Source: Chlorobiota bacterium
Lineage (GTDB): Bacteria > Bacteroidota > Bacteroidia > Bacteroidales > JAADJA01
DNA: 64,000 nt
Assembly (NCBI GenBank): GCA_013151015.1
Contig: JAADJA010000117.1
Coordinates: 3,510 to 67,509, forward strand
Reading direction: 5' to 3'
The translations under genes and the position numbers were made by a program. Of this stretch, positions 7,664 to 15,210 are shown in pieces. Position 1 is the first letter of the stretch. Every line of letters starts with the position of its first letter. The notes beneath the pieces are model-generated. The model did no database searches, was not told where the DNA came from, and was given only the letters and a program-made list of their open reading frames with translations.

Positions 7664-8167
7664 CTATGTGAAGATTATATGGCTTCCTTCGCCACCGGCT
7701 TTTTCGTAAAACTCCCCAATGGTGATAATGTCTGATACATATTCGTTCAGGTCTTCTTTTTTCACCTTGAACATATCAATGGCCAATTTGCAGGCATAGA
7801 TTTTTCCGCCACCGGCATCTATCAGTTCCAAAAATTCGCTCACACCGGGAATATCCAGTTCGTCCATCCCTTTTCGCATCATTTTAGAAACCATGCTTTC
7901 CATTCCCGGCAGCCCCCCCAACATTGTTGGAAGCCGGGCACCGCCCGGTAAACGCATGGCTGGGTTACCGACCGTGCCGGTATGTAAATGATCCTGGTAT
8001 TTGGTCATAATGGCCTCCAGTCCAAAAAAGGTAAAGAACAGATTGGTCTCAATCCCTTCCATAACTGCTCCGTTGCCCATTACCAGTGCGGCATAAACAT
8101 CTTCCAATGCACCTTTTGCGCAAATGATACTTACTTTCTTAACGGGATAATCGTTTTTTTCTGACAT
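7664..8167 (-). CDS. DsrE/DsrF-like (DsrE2-type) sulfur-transfer family protein
   Basis: 167-aa ORF. The sequence KVSIICAKGALEDVYAALVMGNGAVMEG...FFTFFGL and the C-terminal YACKLAIDMF fit the DsrE/F-like family as I recall it. Confidence 0.75.
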   Translation of the reverse strand: MSEKNDYPVKKVSIICAKGALEDVYAALVMGNGAVMEGIETNLFFTFFGLEAIMTKYQDHLHTGTVGNPAMRLPGGARLPTMLGGLPGMESMVSKMMRKGMDELDIPGVSEFLELIDAGGGKIYACKLAIDMFKVKKEDLNEYVSDIITIGEFYEKAGGEGSHIIFT

Positions 8168-8185
8168 AACTTTTTATATTTGAAA

Positions 8186-8211
8186 CCTGACAGGCTTCAA
8201 AACCTGTCAGG
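8186..8211. repeat. Intercistronic 9-bp stem hairpin (CCTGACAGG / CCTGTCAGG)
   Basis: Perfect arms at 8186-8194 and 8203-8211 with an 8-nt loop, between the tusE-like and dsrE-like genes. Confidence 0.7.
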
Positions 8212-8220
8212 CTAAGGTTT

Positions 8221-8532
8221 TTAAACGCAACTTGAAGGTTTGGGGATACCGGCAATCTTCGTTGATTTTTTCAAAGGTGCCCCGGGGAACATCCCGTAAA
8301 ATGTTTTCACGTCCACAATCCCGGATTTATTGATTCCACGGATCGATAATGCATCACCGCTATTGAATTTATTCCTCAAATACTCAAGCATCTCAAAATG
8401 CTTATCGGTAAGTTCAACGCCTTCCTCGGCGGCAATTTCTTTCGCAATTTCGGGTGTCCATTGTGAAGGATCGGTAAAATATCCCTCTTCATTTACTTCT
8501 ACAGTTACTCCTGCATATGTTTTTTGTGCCAT
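8221..8532 (-). CDS. TusE/DsrC/DsvC family sulfur relay protein
   Basis: 103-aa ORF ending ..IAGIPKPSSCV, the family-typical C-terminal arm with the penultimate Cys. Only that one Cys is present, which is TusE-like. Confidence 0.85.
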   Translation of the reverse strand: MAQKTYAGVTVEVNEEGYFTDPSQWTPEIAKEIAAEEGVELTDKHFEMLEYLRNKFNSGDALSIRGINKSGIVDVKTFYGMFPGAPLKKSTKIAGIPKPSSCV

Positions 8533-8593
8533 TGTTTATTGTTTTTTTATGATTATTGATTTATTAAATTATTGAATTATTTGCTATGATTAT

Positions 8594-8663
8594 CAGACAC
8601 ACGTCCACAGGAAAGTTGAGACACACGTCCACAGGAAAGTTGAGACACACGGCCGTGTGTCTT
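8594..8663. repeat. Two 24-bp copies of a hairpin arm plus spacer, followed by a complete 20-nt palindrome
   Basis: Sequence is (c/g)agacacacgtccacaggaaagtt at 8594-8617 and 8618-8641, then gAGACACACGGCCGTGTGTCTt (palindrome 8643-8662). Confidence 0.85.
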
Positions 8664-8673
8664 TACATCCCTT

Positions 8674-9372
8674 CTAATCTTTTGGTTTAAGCTGCTGTGC
8701 GGTTAAATTTTTCAGGAACGACATCATGAAACCCATCCCTTTTTTCATTTCCGGGCTGTTCATTTCCCTCAACACTTTCCAGATGGAATATTCAGGGATA
8801 TTGTCGGTTTCCAGGTTTTTGTAAACCACCACGGCATTATGAACAGATTCGAGCATATCGGGCTGGGTAATTTCTTTCACCATTTCCAGGATCGGCACAA
8901 TCTTATCGGCCAATTCCCTCACATCTTCCAAAGTGAAATGTGTAATGATATTATCACCAACCTTTGCCATTTCCTTAAAGAAGTCGATATAGCCTTTCTG
9001 GTCCAGTTCGTTCACTTTCTCGATAGCCGTAAGCCCTACCTGATGGGCAATAGGAGATACATCTTTCACGAAATCGTTCATGCTTTCCATCATTTCAAGC
9101 ATGTTGTTGATGTTCTCAAGATTTGCCAACAAACGGATGCCAATGGATGCAAGCGTATCGGCATCCAGTTCCACCCCTTCCTTATCAAGCCTTTGAACAG
9201 TAGTCTGAAAAACGTCCTTGCCCACTATTGACAAGTCATCCACAAGGTCGGTCATCGTTTCGCGCGATTGTTTCTGGGCGTAAACCTCTTCCAACACCAA
9301 ATCAAGCTTCCTGTTGATCTCATTGATTTGCTCTTGCATGTTTACTTCTGTTGTTATTTTATTTTCTGACAT
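8674..9372 (-). CDS. DUF1641 domain protein
   Basis: 232-aa helical ORF directly downstream of the SQR-like flavoprotein. That pairing and the general sequence character fit DUF1641, from memory. Confidence 0.65.
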   Translation of the reverse strand: MSENKITTEVNMQEQINEINRKLDLVLEEVYAQKQSRETMTDLVDDLSIVGKDVFQTTVQRLDKEGVELDADTLASIGIRLLANLENINNMLEMMESMNDFVKDVSPIAHQVGLTAIEKVNELDQKGYIDFFKEMAKVGDNIITHFTLEDVRELADKIVPILEMVKEITQPDMLESVHNAVVVYKNLETDNIPEYSIWKVLREMNSPEMKKGMGFMMSFLKNLTAQQLKPKD

Positions 9373-9383
9373 GATAAAGCTCT

Positions 9384-10619
9384 TTAGTTTAATTTTTTAC
9401 CGGCCATTGTCATTTTCGTATCGATCGGCATCTCTTTGCCTTTAAGCAAAATATGCCAATAAATCCAGCGGAACATCAACTTACCGTAATGGTTCATCCG
9501 TGTTTCCTTTAACAATCCAAAAGGCCCAATCCCGGGGAAGGGAAATGATCCGGGCAATGGCTCCGTATCATAGTTAAAGTCGATGAGCGCACCTTTACCG
9601 TGGCCCGTTTCGATATAACAGTTTGAATGACCGTCGAACTCAGCAGTAAATGGTCTTCCTTCGATGTAGCATTGTAAGTTTTCAAACAAAACGTCAGCTT
9701 CAAAATGGACAACGGAACCCGCTTTGGATGTTGGGAAGTTCCCCGCATCGCCTATCACAAAAATATTCTCGAACTTATTGGACTGAAGGGTGTTTTTATC
9801 CGTTTGGACAAAACCAAAGTCATCGCCCAGGCCACTTCTTTCGACCATCGAATCACCACCATGAAGCGGGATGCTTATCAGGCAATCGAAAGGGATTTCC
9901 TGCCCGCTGTAATCCTTGATGGTCTTTTTCCCATTGTCCACCTCGGCAAGTACAAAATCGGTAACGATGTTGATATTTTTATCTTTTAACAAACCACCAA
10001 GCATATTCGAAGCACGCGGTTTTGTAAATGCCCCCGAAAGGGGTGTAACGTATGTGATGTTCACTTTGTCGCGCATTCCCCTTTCCAAAAAGAAAGCATC
10101 CGCAAAAAACGTAAACTCAAGTGGTGCGACCGGGCATTTAATCGGCATATCGGCAATATTGATTACAAGATCGCCACCTTCCCAGGTCTTGAAAAACCTT
10201 GCAAGTGCTTTTGCCCCTTCGATGGTGTAAAAGTCAAAAACGCTTTTATGCCATAACTCCCCTTTCAAGCCAGGCGTTTCTTCCGGCATTATTTTGGTCC
10301 CGGTGGCGATAATCAAAATATCATATTGCAACACCTCGCCATCTTTCAGGAAGACTTTGTTGTTTTCCCCGTCCACCTTATCGATTTCAGAATAAACAAG
10401 GTTTACCCCAACCGGGACAAAACTGCTTTTGGGTTTGATTACATCGGCTTCCTTATAATATCCAAAAGGGATAAACAAAAAACCTGGTTGATAATAGTGG
10501 GTCTTGTATTGGTCCACAATTGTAATATCCCACTCACTACGGGAGAGGTCTTTTCTCATTTTATTAGCCATGATCGTACCTCCGGTACCTGCGCCAAGTA
10601 TTAATAGTTTCTTTGTCAT
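9384..10619 (-). CDS. Sulfide:quinone oxidoreductase-like FAD-dependent pyridine nucleotide-disulfide oxidoreductase
   Basis: It has an N-terminal Rossmann motif LLILGAGTGG. The cysteines in IKCPVAPLEF and HSNCYIETG sit in contexts reminiscent of the SQR redox cysteines. The neighbours are DUF1641, TusE and DsrE genes. Confidence 0.75.
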   Translation of the reverse strand: MTKKLLILGAGTGGTIMANKMRKDLSRSEWDITIVDQYKTHYYQPGFLFIPFGYYKEADVIKPKSSFVPVGVNLVYSEIDKVDGENNKVFLKDGEVLQYDILIIATGTKIMPEETPGLKGELWHKSVFDFYTIEGAKALARFFKTWEGGDLVINIADMPIKCPVAPLEFTFFADAFFLERGMRDKVNITYVTPLSGAFTKPRASNMLGGLLKDKNINIVTDFVLAEVDNGKKTIKDYSGQEIPFDCLISIPLHGGDSMVERSGLGDDFGFVQTDKNTLQSNKFENIFVIGDAGNFPTSKAGSVVHFEADVLFENLQCYIEGRPFTAEFDGHSNCYIETGHGKGALIDFNYDTEPLPGSFPFPGIGPFGLLKETRMNHYGKLMFRWIYWHILLKGKEMPIDTKMTMAGKKLN

Positions 10620-10652
10620 TAGTTAAATTTTTTTTATAAAAAATCGATTCTA

Positions 10653-10670
10653 TTGTTATTTTATTAACAA
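10653..10670. promoter_or_regulatory. Palindrome TTGTTA-N6-TAACAA in the leader of the SQR-like operon
   Basis: Perfect 6-bp arms. It lies between the candidate -7 box (10673-10680, minus) and the start codon at 10619. Confidence 0.4.
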
Positions 10671-10672
10671 TG

Positions 10673-10680
10673 CAAAAGTA
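10673..10680 (-). promoter_or_regulatory. Candidate -7 box (TACTTTTG on the minus strand) for the SQR-like operon
   Basis: The plus strand caaaagta reads TACTTTTG on the minus strand, 54 nt upstream of the start at 10619. Confidence 0.45.
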
Positions 10681-10713
10681 GTCCGACATATCTATATATG
10701 CAAATTATTAGAT

Positions 10714-10727
10714 ATGATAATTATCAT
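10714..10727. promoter_or_regulatory. Perfect 14-bp palindrome ATGATAATTATCAT (TGAT-N4-ATCA core, FNR/CRP-like box)
   Basis: Seen directly in the sequence. It is centred between the divergent candidate promoters of the SQR-like operon and the crp/fnr gene. Confidence 0.45.
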
Positions 10728-10745
10728 AACATTGAAAAAAAGTTT

Positions 10746-10753
10746 TACCTTTG
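10746..10753 (+). promoter_or_regulatory. Candidate -7 box TACCTTTG for the crp/fnr gene
   Basis: A TAnnTTTG match 26 nt upstream of the ATG at 10779. Confidence 0.45.
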
Positions 10754-10778
10754 GGTTTTTATTTCAAAAAACGTGAAT

Positions 10779-11474
10779 ATGGAAATCATGGGATTAAAAT
10801 CGAGCTGCAAGAACTGTCCTTATAAAACCTTGGTTTTTGATGCTTTGGACAATGAAGAACTCGACTTTATCGACAATTCGAGAAAAGAAATTTTGTACAA
10901 AAGAGGGGAAGTAATTGCCGAAGAAGGGAATCTAATCAAAGAATTCCTTTATTTGAAAACAGGCTTGTTGAAAGTTTATCGAAAAGGGAGGGGCAATAAA
11001 AATCAGATTATCCGAATTGCAGGCGCATCGGATTTTGTGAGCCTGTTGAGCATGTTTTCCAATGAAAAATACAAATATTCCCTGTCGGCACTTGAGGATA
11101 CGGTTGTTTGCGTTGTGGATGCCGAAAAGATAAAAAACCTGGTGAAGACCAATGGCGAATTTGCCCTTGACGTGATCGGGCGCATGAGCTACACCTACGA
11201 TGAAATCATTGATTCGACCTACCGCATAAGGCAAAAACAATTGCGCGGACGTATTGCCCACATCCTGCTCTATTTCTCAAAGACGGTATATAAGAAAAAA
11301 CGCTTTGAGCTCCCGCTTTCACGAAGGGAAATTGCGGAGTTGATAAACATGACCACCGAAAACGTCATTCGGATTTTATCGGAATTCAGGAAAGACAAGA
11401 TTATCCAAATCGAGAAGAAAACGATTATCATCATTGATAAAGGAAGGCTTGAGAAAATAAATAAAACGGGATAG
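10779..11474 (+). CDS. Crp/Fnr family transcriptional regulator
   Basis: I trimmed the ORF to the ATG at 10779. It has a cNMP-binding-like N-terminal domain and a C-terminal HTH (LSRREIAELINMTTENVIRILSEFRKDKII). The N-terminal CKNC pair is noted. Confidence 0.85.
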   Translation: MEIMGLKSSCKNCPYKTLVFDALDNEELDFIDNSRKEILYKRGEVIAEEGNLIKEFLYLKTGLLKVYRKGRGNKNQIIRIAGASDFVSLLSMFSNEKYKYSLSALEDTVVCVVDAEKIKNLVKTNGEFALDVIGRMSYTYDEIIDSTYRIRQKQLRGRIAHILLYFSKTVYKKKRFELPLSRREIAELINMTTENVIRILSEFRKDKIIQIEKKTIIIIDKGRLEKINKTG

Positions 11475-11558
11475 CCGTTTTTATCGTGACGGAGACTGAT
11501 AGAATTATCATCATTTTTGGCAAATCTGGTTACAGACCAAAAGTGTCGAAATTGTCAT

Positions 11559-11601
11559 GCAGGGCTTCACCCTGCGTTTATGCTTTTGCCCCTTTGGGGG
11601 C
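11559..11601. terminator. Two GC-rich stem-loops between convergent genes, homologous to 29370-29408
   Basis: GCAGGGcttcaCCCTGC (11559-11575) and GCCCCtttGGGGgC (11588-11601). About 50 nt are roughly 80 percent identical by eye to the segment at 29370-29408. Confidence 0.55.
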
Positions 11602-11659
11602 TTACTGCCAATTTCAAAAGCAATAATTCAATTTGCCAGAGGATGAAATCAGTACTATA

Positions 11660-14428
11660 TCAATTTACCCAATCAGGCAGAACACACTCTTTGCCAATAG
11701 TCTTCAAATAAGCTTCAAAATCAATTTTAAGGCTTTTGTGCATCACTTTGGAATTCCCTTCATGGCAGTTTAAACAAGCACCGACTGTCAATATCCTTTT
11801 TTGTTCCTGAACATCGAAAGCCCGAAAATCCATCCTTGTTGAATGCCCTTGTTTTTCTGAATCCTGTGACAACAAATCATTGTTGAAAGGAAACTGTATC
11901 CAGGCATCTTCGGGCAATCCATCGTATTTGTTCAACTCATATTGAGGGGTAAATTCCCAACTTCCATGGCCATTTTCGATTATGTAATCCAAATCGCCCC
12001 TGCCATAGCCCAAAGCCACCGGATTATTATGACATGATTTGCAGCTCCTCCCCTCACCAACTATGGTATGAGGGGCAGCCGGGGCATACAAACGGTGGAA
12101 AACCAAGGGTTCACCGGAAGATGAATAACTCCCTTTATCAATGGTCATGATCATACCGGGAATGGCACATTCAACTTTCGAGTTTTTACCGGATCTGCCA
12201 TAACGCACACCCAATGCGGGAGGCTCGGCCAAAAACCCGCCCACAAATTCAACCCACTCCCCTTCTTTAAATTTGTTCTCCAAAAGGTCGTAACCTTCCA
12301 CCTCTTTATCATAGGCATTGTGGCAGCCTATACACTGCGGTGCCCAAGAAGTGTGGCAAGCCGAACATGAAACATTATCATGTGCATTTCCCCTGGTACA
12401 TGATTCACCAGGTGGTTTTAAAGGGAAAATCGCACCATCCCCTTTCCCAATAAGAAAAGCATTTTTGGATTCATCCATAAAAGTATTCACCAATGGAAAA
12501 GCAGATTCAGAAGTCAATAATATAGGTTTATCCGAATGGGTGAACTTTTTCAAATCAAACACTTTCTTTGATTCGGGATCCAGATCAGAATAATGAATTG
12601 TTTTGGGAACATCATCAAAATGACAATCCGCACATTGGATCTTGACTGCCGATTCTTCGTGCAGATAGATGTTTCCATCTCCCATTACTTCATAGGAGCC
12701 ATGGCAATCAACGCAAAGCAAACCTGCCTTATGGTGAACGTCTTCCTCCTGAAAGCGATAAACCCTTTTATCTTCCATCACTTTATATTCAGGCTTGCCT
12801 GCTACATCCTTCTCTTCAAAAAGGGTCTCGTGCCAGCCTTCATAATTGGTCGAAATCCTTCCCGAACGGCTATGACAACCAAAACAATGTCCGTTGGAGA
12901 TATTCAAATCCAGCGAAGGATGCCCAATGGGGAAAAGGCTATCCGGTTTTTCCGCTCCCTTATAAGCAAGGTGTTCTTTCAGGGTTTGTGAACTATAATT
13001 CAAATGACAAGCATTGCAGCCACCTCCCCTTGACAATTGGTTGATGGGACCGGTTTCAAACTTTTTATTTCCAAGATGGCAATTGGCGCACAAATCCCGG
13101 AGATGTCCTTCTGCCGCCGTATGTCCGATGCTTTCGATATGAAAAAGGGAATCAAGGTTATCCGATTCTCCAAAAACAAATTTATCAACACTCACAATCC
13201 CGCTGTTGGTGGCCATTAAAGAATGGTTCACCCGGTCAGGGATTCCGGGATGGCAATCCATTGTGCAGCATGTATATTTTGCATCGGAAAGGTTGCCGGG
13301 AACAAGCAACATATGTTTATGGGCCTTTTTTTTATCCAAAGTAAAAGGATTTCCCAAATGGCAACTCGTACATCCAATGACTTGTGGATCGTGGGCAGGA
13401 CTAAACCCATGCATTTCATTGTGGCAAACAAGGCAAGCCTCCCTCCTTCCGCTAATTAACGGGACTTCATTTTCGGAAACCTCATTGGAAAGATGATTGA
13501 AAAGCCCTGTTCCCATTGTAAAAACAGATGTTTCTGGTATTCCGTTATCCTGAAAAGGGGATTGCCATTTCCAGTTTTCGCCCCTGAAAAAGAAACCGAT
13601 GATTGTCAGGAGCATATAAATCCAGAAAAGATAAAACAGGCTTTTCTTTGTGATTTGGGCAGCTTTATCTTTCATAATCCGCAACACCCAAACAAAACCA
13701 ATCAACAGGATAACAAACCAAACAACAAATGAAGGATTGGAGAACCAATGCAATATTTCCTGAAATCCCACAAAATACCAAGGCCCTTTCACGACCGGGC
13801 TCAAATTATCATGCAATGGGGCGTTCAGGGCAAAACTTAAAATGGCGATGATGAAAAGGTTGATGAAAAACGTGGACGCCTTGACCCACAATGTCCGGGC
13901 ATGTTCAAGGATAATGATTACCAAAAAAATGGTGGCCGTGGCAACATGATGGACATAAACCAACTGCAAACTCTCACCGTTCCCAAACAGGGCCTTTGAT
14001 AATAGCGAGCCTGCCAGAGGGATTTTTTCCAATAAAGCTGTCAGTATCCTACTGGCCTGTTCACTATCGGGATCCCCTTTCAGGATAAAGCCCGAAATCA
14101 TTACGAACATAACAAAAAGGATACTGATGCTTAGCCGGAACCAGACACCGGAGCTAACCTTCTTTTCTGATTTTATTTTGAAATGCTCCCAAATATGCAG
14201 GAACACAAAAACCAAAAATATCTGTGCGCTCCAATAATGCACATTCCTGAAAAACGCTGCCCCCGGATTGGCAATTATCATTAAACTTATTGAATCATAG
14301 GCAGCGTTCACATCAAACGGAACAGCCAGCACAACCCCGGAAATCGCACATATGAGGAAACTTGCGGTTGCGATGGCACCGTAGGTATCAATGGTTAGTT
14401 GGCTTTTTATTTTGTTTGGCAGTTCCAC
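11660..14428 (-). CDS. Cytochrome b (b6-like, about 7 TM) fused to a multihaem c-type cytochrome domain (11 CXXCH plus 1 CX3CH)
   Basis: 922-aa ORF. Helix B has H-x13-H (NVHYWSAQIFLVFVFLHIWEH) and helix D has H-x14-H (VHHVATATIFLVIIILEH). GPWYFVGFQEIL sits in place of the PEWY Qo motif. Haem-binding sites are CLVCH, CTSCH, CTMDCH, CANCH, CNACH, CFGCH, CVDCH, CADCH, CSACH, CIGCH, CKSCH and CLNCH. Confidence 0.85.
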   Translation of the reverse strand: MELPNKIKSQLTIDTYGAIATASFLICAISGVVLAVPFDVNAAYDSISLMIIANPGAAFFRNVHYWSAQIFLVFVFLHIWEHFKIKSEKKVSSGVWFRLSISILFVMFVMISGFILKGDPDSEQASRILTALLEKIPLAGSLLSKALFGNGESLQLVYVHHVATATIFLVIIILEHARTLWVKASTFFINLFIIAILSFALNAPLHDNLSPVVKGPWYFVGFQEILHWFSNPSFVVWFVILLIGFVWVLRIMKDKAAQITKKSLFYLFWIYMLLTIIGFFFRGENWKWQSPFQDNGIPETSVFTMGTGLFNHLSNEVSENEVPLISGRREACLVCHNEMHGFSPAHDPQVIGCTSCHLGNPFTLDKKKAHKHMLLVPGNLSDAKYTCCTMDCHPGIPDRVNHSLMATNSGIVSVDKFVFGESDNLDSLFHIESIGHTAAEGHLRDLCANCHLGNKKFETGPINQLSRGGGCNACHLNYSSQTLKEHLAYKGAEKPDSLFPIGHPSLDLNISNGHCFGCHSRSGRISTNYEGWHETLFEEKDVAGKPEYKVMEDKRVYRFQEEDVHHKAGLLCVDCHGSYEVMGDGNIYLHEESAVKIQCADCHFDDVPKTIHYSDLDPESKKVFDLKKFTHSDKPILLTSESAFPLVNTFMDESKNAFLIGKGDGAIFPLKPPGESCTRGNAHDNVSCSACHTSWAPQCIGCHNAYDKEVEGYDLLENKFKEGEWVEFVGGFLAEPPALGVRYGRSGKNSKVECAIPGMIMTIDKGSYSSSGEPLVFHRLYAPAAPHTIVGEGRSCKSCHNNPVALGYGRGDLDYIIENGHGSWEFTPQYELNKYDGLPEDAWIQFPFNNDLLSQDSEKQGHSTRMDFRAFDVQEQKRILTVGACLNCHEGNSKVMHKSLKIDFEAYLKTIGKECVLPDWVN

Positions 14429-14451
14429 AAATTATTCTTGTTTGAGCAGGA

Positions 14452-15185
14452 TTAGCGATAAAATTTATCATCTATCCAATTCCGGGGATTATTCTGAATA
14501 TATTTCTTAATTTTCCAATATTCTTTTTGGTCGCGGATAATATGGTCGTGATAATTAATTTGCCAAAATCTGTTTGTCCTGTTAAATTTTTCAATTGGCA
14601 AATCGTGCAAATCAATGAAATCATCAATTTTTGTTGTCACCGATGATTTATATCCGGCAATAAATGACGAAATGGATTTTGGTTGTCGTTTAAATTGTTT
14701 GTGGCCATCGTCGGAATGTAGGGACGCACGGCCATCGTCGGAATGTAGGGACGCACGGCCATCGTCGGAACGTAGGGACGCACGGCCATCGTCGGAACGT
14801 AGGGACGCACGGCCATCGTCGGAACGTAGGGACGCACGGCCATCGGTAGGGACGCACGGCCGTGCGTCTCTACGTACCCACTGTGCGCGTCAACCTGTTT
14901 ATCCGTACGGTTTCTGTTTTTCAAAACAATTATCGCATGGATATGATTTGGCATTAATTGATATTCATCCAAAAATAATTCATGTCGTATTTTAAACGAT
15001 TCAAACCATTCATGATCTGCAATTTTACCAAAATCGGAAAAAATCATTTTCTCATTCTTAATTTCCCCCAATAAATATGCAAAACCTTGGGTGATAAATG
15101 TAATAAAATAATATCCGTTTCGAGAATAATCCCAACCGGGCATCCTGTTTGATTCTATCCGATATTTGTTTTTATATTTATCCAT
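14452..15185 (-). pseudogene. REP-associated tyrosine transposase (RAYT / IS200-like Y1 HUH transposase), frameshifted by an internal repeat expansion
   Basis: The N-terminal ORF (15185-14637) carries the HUH motif (LMPNHIHAII). The C-terminal part continues in another frame as HKQFKRQPKSISSFIAGYKSSVTTKIDD...WQINYHDHIIRDQKEYWKIKKYIQNNPRNW (track ORF 14452-14640). The two halves are separated by the array at 14701-14870. Confidence 0.8.
14701..14870. repeat. Tandem array: six copies of gggacgcacggcc (four full 27-bp units, one 20-bp unit, one leading partial), ending in a near-perfect hairpin
   Basis: The 27-bp units start at 14721, 14748, 14775 and 14802. The 20-bp unit is 14829-14848. The terminal GGGACGCACGGCCGTGCGTCTC is at 14849-14870. 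The units carry a T/C polymorphism (gaaTgta versus gaaCgta). Confidence 0.9.
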
Positions 15186-15210
15186 TTATCAGGTTTGACA
15201 AACATTCAAA

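Noticed and set aside
14701-14870. A possible CRISPR array, given the regular direct repeats with a palindromic core.
   Set aside because: The repeats abut each other with an invariant 14-nt linker and no unique spacers. The period of 27 bp is too short. There are no cas genes, and the array sits inside a transposase coding region.
14615-14995. Plus-strand 126-aa ORF with the striking repeats SSECRDARP / SSERRDARP.
   Set aside because: It is the antisense translation of the 27-bp DNA array inside the RAYT pseudogene. The periodicity is DNA-level, and the flanking sequence is clearly coding on the other strand.
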